A stretch of 64,000 nucleotides of DNA from Octopus vulgaris. Its lineage: Eukaryota. The stretch spans positions 98,208,001 through 98,272,000 of the forward strand of contig OX597817.1 in NCBI GenBank assembly GCA_951406725.2, read 5' to 3'. Both the position numbers and the translations under genes were made by a program. Each line of letters starts with the position of its first letter. Position 1 is the first letter of the stretch. Shown here piece after piece: positions 12,044-24,508 of this stretch. The notes beneath the pieces are model-generated. The model searched no databases, had not been told where the DNA came from, and saw nothing but the letters and a program-made list of their open reading frames with translations.

Positions 12044-12057
12044 ACTACTACTACTAT
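11265..12057 (+). mobile_element. RTE-clade LINE 3' fragment with trinucleotide tail
   Basis: LLYGSESW, L*WAGHISRMENHRLPK..LFGE. Tail is (ATG)/(ACT)n/(GCT)n. Confidence 0.85.
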
Positions 12058-12221
12058 TTTGTATAATGAATTCAGAATTGATTTCCCAATTAAAGAATAA
12101 ATTGTATCCCAATTGAAGAGTAAACTGAATTTAGAATAACAAATTTCTATACAACATATTTTGCTTTTTTCTTCCAATATATCAGGAACAATTTCATTCC
12201 TAGGCAATGTTGGGTGCCTAT

Positions 12222-13830
12222 ATCATCATCATCATCATCGTTTAACGTCTGCTTTCCATGCTAGCATGGGTTGGACAGTTCAACTGGGGTGTGGGAAGCC
12301 CGAAGACTGCACCCAGGCCCAGTCAGATTTGGCAGTGTTTCTACAGCTGGATGCCCTTCTTAATGCCAACCACTCCGTGAGTGTAGTGGGTGCTTTTTAC
12401 GTGCCACCGACACAGGTGCCAGATGAGGCTGGCAACGGCCACACTTGGATGGTGATTTTTACGTGCCACCGGCATGGAGGCCAGTCGATGCGGTGCTGGC
12501 TACAGCCACGTTCAGATGGTTCTCTTACATGCCACCGACACTGGTATCACAACTACAAATTCCATTGATGTTGATCGATTTCGATTTTGATTTTCACTTG
12601 CCTCAACAGGTCTTCACAAGTAGAGTTTTGTGTCCAAAGAAGGAAAGTATGCACAGGTGGACTGACTACGTCCCAGGTAGAGGCCACAGATTTTGGCCTC
12701 ACTTGTCCTGCCGGGTCTTCTCACGCACAGCATACTTCCAAAGGTCTCGGTCTCTGGTCATTTCCTCGGTGAGACCTAAAGAGTGAAGGTCGTGCTTCAC
12801 CACCCCGTCCCAGGTTTTCCTAGGTCTACCTCTTCCACAGGTTCCCTCAACAGCTAGGGTGTGGCACTTTTTCACACAACTATCTTCAGCCATTCTTACC
12901 ACATGTCCATACCAGCGCAAACGTCTCTCTTGCACACCACAACTGATACTTCTTAGGTCCAACTTTTCTCTCAAGGTACTTACACTCTGTTGAGTATGAA
13001 CACTGACATTACACATCCATCGGAGCATACTGGCTTCATTTCTTGCGAGCTTACGCATATCCTCAGCAGTCACAGTCCATGTTTCACTGTCATGTAGCAT
13101 GGCTGTTCGTACACATGCGTCATACAGTCTGCCTTTTACTCTGAGTGAGAGGCCTTTTGTCATTAAGAGCTCTCTGAACTTTGCCCAGGCTATTCTTACT
13201 CTAGCAGTTACACTTTCAGCATACCCACCCCCACTACTGACTTGATCTTTGGTTAGGTATTTCTCCTGCAGCTGTCTCACCAGAAATATGGCATCGGTGG
13301 TGCTTTTCCCGGCACGAAACCAAACTGCATCTCGTCCAAGTTGACTGTCTCCCTAATCAGTTGGGCTATGACCCTTTCCATAACCTTCATTACCTGATCC
13401 AACAGCTTGATACCTCTGTAATTACTTGTATCTAGGGCGTCACCTTTACCTTTGTAGCAGTTGACTATTATGCTACTACACCAGTCATTGGGTATGACTC
13501 CTTCATGTATCACCTGGTTTACTATACGGGTGACTAGGCTATATCCGACACTGCCAGATATCTTGAGCATCTCTGCAGTGATTCCTGATGGGCCTGGGGC
13601 TTTCCCTGTCTTCATGCTTCTAATTGCCTTAGTTACCAAAGAACTGTCAACTCGGATAGCTGGTCCCTCTGTTGGGTCGACAATTGGCAGACTCTCTTTA
13701 TCCCATTCATTTCTTTGTTGAGCAACCTTTCATAGTGGCATCTCCAAACCTCTCTCTTTGCATCCTCATTTAGTGCAAGTGAACCATCATCCATGCGGAC
13801 ACATTTCTCTTCAACTACATCATGAAACAT
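12222..13830 (-). mobile_element. RTE-type LINE 3' portion with internal deletion of the RT core
   Basis: KAPGPSG, NYRGIKLL and QFGFVPG, then a direct jump to LYDACVRTAML, RRLRWYGHV and GRGRPRKTW. (ATG)n tail at 12222-12240. Confidence 0.9.
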
Positions 13831-14069
13831 TCTGAAAAGTATTTTAAAGCAAAAAATTTATCAATGAAGCTGGTGAAAAAAATTCCCTAGGTATTTAAAA
13901 AAAGACAAAATAATACGAAACAAAAACAAAAACTTCAGCAACAATGACAATAGCAACAGTAACAAAAAAGTAAAACATAAGTAGTGGTGATGAGATGAAA
14001 CAATATATATATCTATATCTGTGTGTGTATGCAGGTAAAAGGCTGTTGTTGTGGTGTTGTGAATATATG

Positions 14070-14740
14070 TTTAAGGCTGTTGTGATTTGGTGTATTGATG
14101 TAATTTTTAATGCTGAATCTCAGGAGATATTTCACTTTTTCCAGAAAATTTTTAAAAAAGTTACAGCAATTTAAAGTTTGATAATTTTTACTCAATCAGA
14201 AAACAGGAGTTGGAAGCTGTCATTTTGCACATGTTGTCAACTGTAAACAAACAAAACATTGATGGAATCCTGCTTTACACTTATATAAATCCTCATAACT
14301 CTTTTACTTTCTGGAATTTTCAGAAAAGTTTGGCGAATTTGTATTCTACACACAGGAATTCATATGATAATGCAAAAAAAAAAAATTTGGTGTGTGATTT
14401 AAGATCTATATAGTTATTATTTTAACACAACTCACAACCACCTGGTTTTAAGTATTTATTAACTGAAAAATGACCATGTGGATAAGCAGCTCTGTAACAA
14501 CTTTGCTTGTTACTATGGAAACAAGTATGAATGTATCTGTGGCTTATGATTGACTAAAATAGCCCAAAATTTGCAAAACTTAAAAGTTATTAACTCTTTA
14601 TCTATTGATTTATGGTAAAAATGAATTTCCTGTCAATGATTACCATACAAAACTACATCAACCCATCAATTCGAACAGAAATCAATTCGAACAAAAATTG
14701 AAGAAATTGAAAAGTAACAGCCAAACAGAAAAGATCTCTA
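14070..14740 (+). repeat. Dispersed DNA-transposon-like repeat, copy A
   Basis: Diverged inverted copy at about 26750-27400 (shared tgtattgatgtaattt..atgctgaat, gaagctgtcattttg, gttactatggaaac). Confidence 0.6.
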
Positions 14741-15249
14741 TGCTTGAAACGTTAAAAAATCCATTCTTTTTTCCCACCTTTACTGAGTGCCAAGCTAATA
14801 CATTCCATATGTTCATCCTCTTATTGTTTTATTATTTGTTATTTTTAATGTCCGATTGTTAATGTTCAATTTCTAATGTTCGATTTGACTATGTATATGT
14901 GTGTATATACATATATATATGTGCATGACTGTGAACATGTTCTTGTTAATAAGTGTGTGCATGTATGCATACATGAGTATGCAAACGTCAGTGTATATAC
15001 CAGTGTATATATATGTATGTGTATCTGTATACATATTTTCCTTTGAAAACATGTATACTCTTATATATGTATTTTAAAAATTTACTTCTTAAATTTTTTA
15101 TGTGGCATGCAATTTTCGTATAGATGTATATTTTTTTTTACACAGCATATTTATTCAGTTAGCTAAAATGCCTTTATTTCTAATCTTTTTGTCTTATCTT
15201 TCTATGTTCACTTTTCATCTCTTTATTTGTCCTCTTCATTTATTTATAC

Positions 15250-15321
<72 letters not shown>

Positions 15322-15436
15322 ACACACACACACACGCACACATGCTCTCTCACACACACACACACTACCTGAGTATCATGTCATTGCAGGGCAATTTTGA
15401 CAATAGAATGCCTTTATTTGAATTTTTAAAAATTTC

Positions 15437-17050
15437 ATTTCAGACCATATCCTCTCTGATGGATAAGCCGAAGAATATAAGGCAGGAAAGGTAAGGACAG
15501 TAATGATGCTAAGGTATTCAAAAGATCAGAGCATCCGGGAAAACCCTCCAAAGGTACCAAAAGGGAGGAAATGGAAGGCGGAAGAGGCAGTAAACAGGGC
15601 GATCGGAAAACTAAGGCACGCAGATATAGTCGGAGCGACACAAGAAGCAAGAGCCGGCCTAGGGTCACACAATTTCAGGCCATTTTGCAAGAGCAGTATA
15701 AACGAGATGAAGGAGGCAGTGGTACACGAAGTGAAAAAGGAGGAAGAAGAAAGGTGAAATGTACATTTGGTGCAATGTAGTCAACAGGGACAGTGCCTGA
15801 GATAAGAGGAATATGTGATCAGCCACAGAATATCATGGAAGGAACTTTGGGCTTGGGAACAAGCAAGAACATCCTTCCTGATCAGGTCTACCTTCGACAT
15901 CCTACCCTCACCAGCGAACTTAGTCTGGTGGAACATAAAAACAACCGATGAGTGTAGATACGGAGAGAAAGCGACAGTTAGACTTGTTCTGTCAAATTGC
16001 AGACTAGCACTAGAAAGATATACATGGCGTCATAATCAAGTCCTCGGCATCATAAGCACAGCACTCAAGGAGAAGATCGAGAGGTACAATAGGGGAGAGT
16101 ACCCAAAAGTAGAAAAGTGCTGGGAAAAGGATATAAAACCAGGCCTACAAATAAAATATATGAGATAGATGAAAGATGGAAGGGATACTGGGAGGCAGCC
16201 ACGGATTTGGAAAGACAAGTAATATTTCCATTAATAAAAACGACAAAAAGATCAGATTTAGTCCTATGGAACAGAGAACGGCGAATAGGAATTTTGCTAG
16301 AACTGACAGTGCCATGGGAAGAGAACATCGGCAATGCAGAGGAATGAAAGGAGAAGAGGTATGAAAAACTAATTGAAGAGTGCAGAGAACAGGGATGGAA
16401 TGTCGTGTATTACCGCCTGGCAGTGGGGTCTAGAGGCTTCATTGAAAGAAAAATGACAATGCTATTCAAAAAAAGATTCGCTTTTTCTAGCTCCGAGCTG
16501 TGAAAACTAATAAGGAGAGTACAGGAGGCGGTCGAAAAAGCCAGCTTCTATATATGGCTGAAGTGGGAAGACCAAAAATGGCTTGAAAGTCATAACATAC
16601 CGGCAGGAAATAACATCACTAGGTGAGACAAGCTGACACTGAATTAGCTTCACTGACTGACAGGTGATGGTCGTTTAGAGAATGCGTGAGCTAAGACTAC
16701 GGCCCTTCATCGGTCAGTTAAAGTTGAGACAGTGTCACGTGACAACTTGCTGGGGCTGCCTGCTGGAGCCTAACAGCAGGTATTTGAAGGGAAAAATTTG
16801 ACAAGTCAGTCAGTCGACTGCTGACACTTGTTGATGCTACATCGAAGAGGCCAGGGAACAGAAGAAAGAAGAAGAAAGAAGACATGCACCCAATACCAGA
16901 GCTGAAGACAGCTCCGAAAGGGAGGGGGCTGCCACGTCAAAACGGTAGAGGAGTAGGGGCTGAAACTGGACGTGGTTCCTCCTGATGATGTCTTGAGCTA
17001 ACTGGATCCTATAAAGGAGCTGTTGTGGTAGCAGACCACGAAACATGGTT
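15437..17050 (+). mobile_element. Hero-like non-LTR retrotransposon 3' part (zinc knuckle + restriction-like endonuclease), decayed
   Basis: FLIRSTFDILPSPANL, LSNC..ALERYTWRHNQVL, RSDLVLW..LLELTVPWEENI, VGSRGF. Internal stop codons present. Confidence 0.85.
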
Positions 17051-18207
17051 GTAATTCCTCCTAATGTTTTTGTTTTATATTTGGTGTCTAGATGTAATTT
17101 TTGTTTTTACATTTGGTACCTAGATGTAAAGGTTTTTCTTAGCTCACTGCTGGTGCTTTGTGAGTGTCTTTTGACTTTGTCTCTCTAATGAAATTTCTTA
17201 CAGTCACTGACCCCTACCCCACCCCACACTCAATGTGAGCAATATATAGTTATGGAGAAAAAGTGAGAGACAGTGTGGTAAAGAAGGATCTTTTCTGTTG
17301 CTATTGCAGATTTTATGTGATTTTGTGATTCTCATATTCCAGAAAAAATCTTTTTTAATGTTACAGAGGTATGAAATTAGATAATTCTTACCCAATCAGT
17401 ATTTAGAAGCTAGCATTTTCTGCATTATATCACAAAATTAAAATAAAATACAATGAGGAAGTTTTAAACAAAATGATAGCAATTACATGTCATATGAAGA
17501 GAGAGAAAGAGAGGGGGGAGCAGCACGCATGAGAGTTATACATATACAGAGAGAGAGAAGGGGGAGGGAGAGAGTGATAAAGAGTGTGGTAAATATATAG
17601 AGAGGGGTGAGACAGAGTGAGCTAGACAGACAGATAGTGAGTGATAGATTTGATGATCTAAAAGCTGAGTTATTTCACATAGAAAATATTTTTTGATCAA
17701 TCATAACCAAAAATCTTGTTGCAGATTAAAAAAAAAAAAGAATCTGATTTTCTCAAAGAAACACTGTTTCAGAGTCTTGCTGCAACATATTCACAGACAT
17801 ACACAGTCATTTATATAGTAGATATAAATGTATTTTTTCTTCACATAAATTCTATACGTGGCATATGTTACTCCGTATATGGCTTATTTGTCGTTGTTGG
17901 CAAGAACTTGTTTCCGAGTATTTAGTACATTTCAATTGGTGGGTGGAGTCTCATTTGTGCTGTAGGGGGTAATGGGCTTTCTGATGGCTAATAAACCCAA
18001 TTCTTGCTCTAAATAGCCTATTGCAAAAATCTCTTTGAATTGTAGGTGCTGGTTGAGGTTGGGTTGCTCTGTCTTTTGTATGCTGTCATTTCTTTCTGAT
18101 ACCTGTTCTTCTGTTTTCTTCAAAATGAGATGTTCCTGCCTTGGTCAAATTATGCCAATGAGTGCATTGGTTGGTTATCATTTTCCAGGAATTTTGTTCA
18201 ATACCAG

Positions 18208-21200
18208 TGTCGAAGGCAGGAAAATAAAGTCAGGTTGTTCAATTGTTAACATGTGTTATCATGACCTCTCTTCACCATGCCTTGCTTCTATCACTGACAG
18301 CATGAAAAAAGAGGGAAACTTTTCTTCTCATTTGCCGACGTGATGTTATCTCTCCCCACTTCCAGTCTTCCTTTCACCACACGTCCCCTTGATCTAAAGA
18401 TCACTGCTCTCTTGTTCTGATTTGTAATCATCCACCCACCTGGGGAGGAGCTACACTCCGTTTGTGATCTCTGTAAGGACACTGGGCTGTCTTCCCTCTC
18501 CCCTTAATCATCGGAAGAGCTAATCACCCTTTGAATATCCAGGACATGACACAGCATTCCGTTCACTGATACATTATTCGGAGTACTTTCCTTTTTCCCA
18601 CTGTGTTGTGCACTGAGTATTCGGGGGCTTTACCCACACTTTGTCTCCAACCTGCACAGATGTAATCCCTTCCACTTCTAGCTGCTGTGACACCATGCTC
18701 AAAAGTCTCCATTTGTACTGGAATATGGCCCTGTGTGGGACTGACTCTTCAGCTTACTCTACCCCAGGTGACATGTTGTACCAGAAGATTGCCTCCATAG
18801 GGGAGATTTATCCCCTCTCAGCCATGGCTTTAATCATATGGTGGTGCTGTTCCACAATCCCATTTCCACCTGGTCTGTGTGTAACTCTGAAGAAGCATCT
18901 TGTGCTTCACCTTTTTGAGAATCTCTCTCAGCTGCTCTGAGTGAAAAACTACTGTTGTCCATCAATAGCTCATCTACAGGCCTCCTTTCCAGGAACACCG
19001 CATTTAACACTTTTGCGATTTTGGCAGCAGTCTCCACCCTAATTTCTCTCCATATAGCCATTCACCCTAGTTCAAAGTCAACTATTGAAAGGTACACCTT
19101 TCTCTGATAGTGTGTATCATCAAAGGCTAGCCCCTTCCAGTCTTCCTCTACCTGAATCTTTCCTGGTTCATGTGTGTTTGGGACAGGATTGATTGATTGG
19201 CACCTGTTGCAATTCCCCACTATCCTCTGAACACTCTCTCTCTGATGACACCGGGTTTGATTGTCCTGTCAACCCCATGTGATGCATGTTGTGCAGCTTC
19301 CTTAGTTCTGTGCCCTCCAGCCAACAAACTGCTGCTTCCCCACTTGGAATATCCTCTACTGCTTCCAACCAATGCACAGACACCACATGCAACTCCAGGT
19401 CGAACTTGGCAGCTAGCTCCCTCAGAATTTCCAAGCGATGCTTAATCATCATTTCTGTGGCCCCTTTCATGCAAATCCTCTTCTGATTAGTGATCACAGA
19501 TTCCAGCCACCTTCCCGTGCACTGTGGCATAATTAGTCCAGATCTCAACAGTTTGCAATCCCCATCTCAATGCTAGGTCAAAGTCCTTCAATACAGAATC
19601 CATTTCAGCTAATTTGATGTGGTTGTGTCATCCTTCTTCCGAAGTTATGCTGTGTCTTCTACCTCAACACCTCCTATTTTCAGCATAATTCCCAATGCTG
19701 TGATGCTTGTCACACCACATAATCCCTTTCTTTGTATCAGGCATGTACCAGCTTCCTTTCACTGGATCTTCCACTTTCACTCTCTCCAAGACCTCTTGCA
19801 TCATCACCATCATCTTCTCTCCCACTACCCACTACATGCTGTTCAGAGCCATCCTGCTACAGGGTAGTGACCCACCAACTTTCCATACATTGAAAACAGC
19901 TCTTGCCTATTCATATTCTGATTTAGGTCTGGGATCTTGTTTCCTCTGCGAAACACAAGCCTATCCACTTTGTCTCTTTCAAGCCTGAGCCCCAGCACTG
20001 TACCTTCTTCTATAGCCTGTATTGGTTTTGTTGTCAACCTAAACCTCCTAAGATGGTCTATGATTTCCTCTGCTGATGCCACATTCCCATCTACCAGGAT
20101 ATCATCAATATATGAGATGGTAGCCTGCTCCACTTTGGCTTCTTTGCCCAAAACTGCCTTGAGGACCTTCACCATGATCTTTGGTGCTGAACTGAAGCCA
20201 AAGCCCAGTCGAGTCAGGTAGTATGTTCTATCCCTGTACCTCACTAGTTGGTACTTCCACAACCTCTGTGATACATAGAGCTGCAGATTGGCCATCTTGA
20301 AGTCAAAGATCATAGTTGCATCCCTCCTCATTCGCCTGCACTCACAAAGGGTTTCTCTACCTACATCTGCTGCCTCACCACCCATATGACAGGACACATA
20401 TTTGTTCAGTTCCCTGAAGTCTAGCACTGGTCGAACCTTATTCTTTGTTGGCTGAACCACAGTCATCAATGGCAGCACACTGCCTGTTGTCTCCTCACTC
20501 CATGGCATCAGAATGCCCTCCTCTATCCACCTGCTCACTTCTGTCTGAAACTCAAACCAGGCTTTTCCTTTCAGGGTATGCTCATAACAGCTCACCCTGT
20601 TTCTCAGTACGGGAGGTTCTCCTTTCAAGAAGTTCTCCACTGTCTGTCTTTTGCCATTGAACTCAGCATGGAAGACCTCATCTTCAACTGCGACTATGAA
20701 AGACCATTTCTGTACCAGTAATCCGTCACTCCTACAGTCTTCTTCCTCCACTCCACACTCACAGTACGCAGTACACCAGTCACCAAACTCTACTCCTGCC
20801 CCATCAACTGTCACACCGCCCAATCATGTAATCACGTCCATTCTGACCACTACGTCAATGCTGTTCACCACCTCATCAACTACAATCACCTGCAGCCCCA
20901 ACATGGACCCCATGTATCTCCATTTCCATGTCCCTGACGCCCCTAAATTTGACCTCCCTACCATATACCGTCCTGAGCCCGGTGTTTCCTCTCCAGCTCT
21001 CAACCATTCATGTGGTCACCAGGGTTGATGTGCAACCCATATCCATGAGGGCTCATACTTCTCTTGTCCCCACCATAAGCTTCACTTCAGGCAATGTTTG
21101 GTGGGGTGCCTTCAATTGGTTGTGGAGGGAACTAGCAACACAGTAGTCCCCCTTTGTCCATTTCCCCGTTTGCAGTTATTTGTTATGTGCCCAGGGTGGC

Positions 21201-22178
21201 TGCATGAGAAACACACCACCATTGGTTTTGGTTCCAGGCATTCCCTGACAATGTGTGGAACTCAATATCTGAAACATGGGCCCTTGGCTGTTTGCCTCAC
21301 CAGACTGTTGCTGTTGTTTGCTGCCTGCCCCTTTGTCCTGCTTGTATCCACCATGACTGTTATTGTTACATCGTGAATGTCGCTTTGTGACAACACCCAT
21401 GAGAGATCATCTCTCCTACTGACATCGTTTCAATGTCTGGCACCTGCTGCAGATGTACAGAGAGATGGTCAGGGAAGCCAGTCACAAAAGCCAGTTTCAC
21501 CATCCGCTCCATTGCTGTTGTAGTAAATGCTGCTAGGCCCACCAACCACTCATGTAATTGTCTATTTGCTCGCTGGTCCATCTCATTCTCCTGAGGTTGC
21601 TGTATGCTTTAAAAGCTCCCTCTGTGCATGTGTCCTTCAGCCGCTCTTCAATTTTTTCTGCTTTTTCTTCGTCTGCCTCATCCATCTCCAGGTAATGATT
21701 CAGCACACTGCCTTCAGTGACATAAAGCTAGCCATGTCTTCTATTCCCTGCAACTTTGCCACGAGTCTCACCTTCTTTATGCAGGCCACCACATTGCCTT
21801 CCCCAGTGAATGGTCTCAATACATCACTACTGATTCTAATTTTTGTGGCTATTGCAAAAAAGAAAAAGATAAATAAATGAGGAAGAACAAGAGCAACAGA
21901 AAAATATTTTAAAATTCACTTCTCGGACATATCCACACAGCTAAAAACAATATGCCAAAATAGCTTGTGGTTTGAAGGCATAAAAATAAAGTTGTTCTTA
22001 CTTCAACTTGCAATTGGGTACTGCTAGCAGATTGTTAAATTGTTAACATTTGTTGTCATGACCTCTCTTTGCCACGTCTCACCTCTATTGCTGACAGCAT
22101 GAAAAAAGAGGGAAACTTTTCTTCTCACTTGCCAGTGTGACGTCATCTCTCGCCACTTCAAGTCTTCCTCCCACCACA
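18208..22178 (-). mobile_element. Gypsy-like LTR retrotransposon 2: same lineage as element 1, different LTR, more decayed
   Basis: LTRs at 18208-18381 and 21966-22178. Perfect TSD ACCAG (18203-18207, 22179-22183). PPT-like gatcaagggg. RT ORF 19843-20823 with VRPVLDFRELN and SYIDDIL. Confidence 0.93.
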
Positions 22179-22497
22179 ACCAGCACTCTTCAGCATTTCC
22201 TTCAATAGGTCTTTGTAGCATTGCAAGGGGCATTCATGAGGACCTGTCCTATTGTTCAGTTCCCCAAATAGGCATATCTTTAGGACTCTGTTATCTCCTA
22301 TGCAAGCCATGTGGCCTACCTATTTGAGGTGGTACTTGATGATTGTAGCTTCCATGCTAATTTGTTATGCTCTCTTTAGTATGTCAATGTTGGTAACATA
22401 GTATTCCCTTTTGATGTCCAAGATCAACTGAAGTTTCTTTTGATGAAAATATTCAAGCTTTTTCAGGTCATGTCGGTACAGGGTCTATGCCTAATAC

Positions 22498-24508
22498 TGT
22501 AGCATGTCTGTACTAGCTTAGTTTAAAATATACATTTTTAATTTCTGGTAGGCTCAGAAAACACTATAAATTTACAGCTCTATTCAGTCTGTGATTGGCC
22601 GAATAAACAGGCTCCCTCTAACAGATGCTCTCTACTACATCCAATTGTCACTTATATAATGTGGTGGTGGCCATGTTTAATTGAGTTCCATTCACTTTGT
22701 TTCTCTGAAGGACTCCTGGCTTGTAGTTTAGTTCTATCACGTTTGTGCTGACATCTCACATACAAGAACAAGCCTTCTTCCATGTGCGCAAGCAGTATCG
22801 ACCAAACTCAATGCCGCCAACTCTCCATGCTTACTAGAAATATTTTATCAAGTCTCTTTCTATATACACAAAGTACAACTAATGTATTCATGCATTCATT
22901 CGCTCTATAGATATCTCTATAAAACACCACTTACTTCTTTACAGAAATATTATACAAGGCATTTTACATTGTATGTAACCCACTGCTACAATAAACTTTA
23001 TAATCTTAAAAGTCAAATTGTTGTGGTATATCACTGTACAGCCATCTAACAGCTATTGAATGAACACACAAACACAGTGACCAACTCCCTAGACTGGTGA
23101 CAACATGACTACATTGGTGACCTCAGAACTTATTATTCATATTGCAATCTTTATTACTAAAGTGGTCACTACTTTAGTGATGGGTATCACCAGTCTAGTG
23201 AGTTGGTTACTTGTATGGTGAGTTCACTATCTTCATAGCTAATGTGTAGCTATAGCGCAATGGAGTGTTCACAGTCTGGTTGAAGTGATAACATCGGTGG
23301 TAGTAGCTTGGTCAACACCAAATTTTTTACTTGTTGGAACTTCTCTCTTTTGTCGTCATCTTCATGGCTTGATTCACTTTGCTAGTTTCTTGCATTGTCA
23401 CTTCTGTGAGATTTTGCCTGGCTTCTATTAGTCACTGTCGTTTTTCTAACACCTACAGCTTTTTCAGCCACTGCAAGCAAACACCACTTTTTGCAGGCTT
23501 GTATCTTTCCAACTGCAAGCGACTCACTGCTTTTGCAGGCAAATTCTTGACACTGCTCATTCTCACAGCAGCCAATATTTTTCTCGCGTGTATTTTTGCA
23601 TCCCATGATTTCCAGTTTGCTGGACATATGTCATCACGCTTGCACATCAAGTTTTGCTAGCTACGTGAATTTGTTCATCTCTCTTGGAGCTTTAGACTTT
23701 CGTAAGACTTATTCAGAGGTCTGGCAGCATTATGAAAGTTCTTTTGCACTCTTGTGCATTACTCACTTGAAGCTTGGTGCTCTCATGCTTATTTATTTAT
23801 CCTTCCTTCCATGCTACATTACTTTCATTTGTATTATTCATCTCCTGGTTTATTCTCTGGGGGTGGTTCTGTAGCATATTTGTACTAGTTTAGTTTAAAA
23901 CATACATTTTTAATTTCAGGTAGGCTCAGATGACACTGTAAGTTTACAGCTCTATTCAGTCTGTGATTGGTCGAATAAACAGGCTCCCTCTAACAGGTGC
24001 TCTCCACTATGTCCAATTGTCACTTATATAATGTGGTGGTGGCCATGTTTAATTGAGTTCCTTTCACTTCGTTTCTCTGAAGGACTCCCGGCTTGTAGTT
24101 TGGTTCTATCACGTTTGTGCTGACATCTCACACACAAGAACAAGCCTTCTTCCATGTGCGCTAGCAGAATCGACCAAACTCAATGCCGTCAACTCTCCAT
24201 GCTTACTAGAAATATTTTATCAAGTCAACCTTTCTATATACACAAAGTACAACTAATGTCTTCATGCATTCATTCACACTATAGACATCTCTATAAAACA
24301 CCACTTACTTCATTACAGAAATCTTATACAAGGCATTTTACAATAAACTTTATAATCTTAAAAGTCAAATTGTTGTGGTATATCACTGTACAGCCACCTA
24401 AAAGCTATTGAACAAACACACAGACACACTGACCAACTCCCTAGACTGGTGACATCACTACATTGGTGACCTCAGAACCTTATATTCATATAGCAATCTT
24501 TGTTGCTA
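22498..24508 (+). mobile_element. Non-autonomous LTR retroelement (LTRs of about 650 bp, about 700 bp non-coding interior)
   Basis: Direct repeats 22498-~23160 and 23870-~24508 begin TGTAGCA and end T(G/A)CTA. G-rich PPT-like tract just before LTR2. TSD AATAC (22493-22497, 24509-24513). Removing the element restores the RTE frame. Confidence 0.8.

Noticed and set aside
23108-23125. CTACA-TTGGTGACC as LTR end plus tRNA-Trp-type PBS
   Set aside because: The same sequence is present inside the second repeat, and repeat similarity and the TSD extend about 45 bp further, so it lies within the LTR.
23379-23874. Short ORFs inside the non-autonomous LTR element
   Set aside because: Under 100 aa, overlapping on both strands, with no gag or pol motifs.
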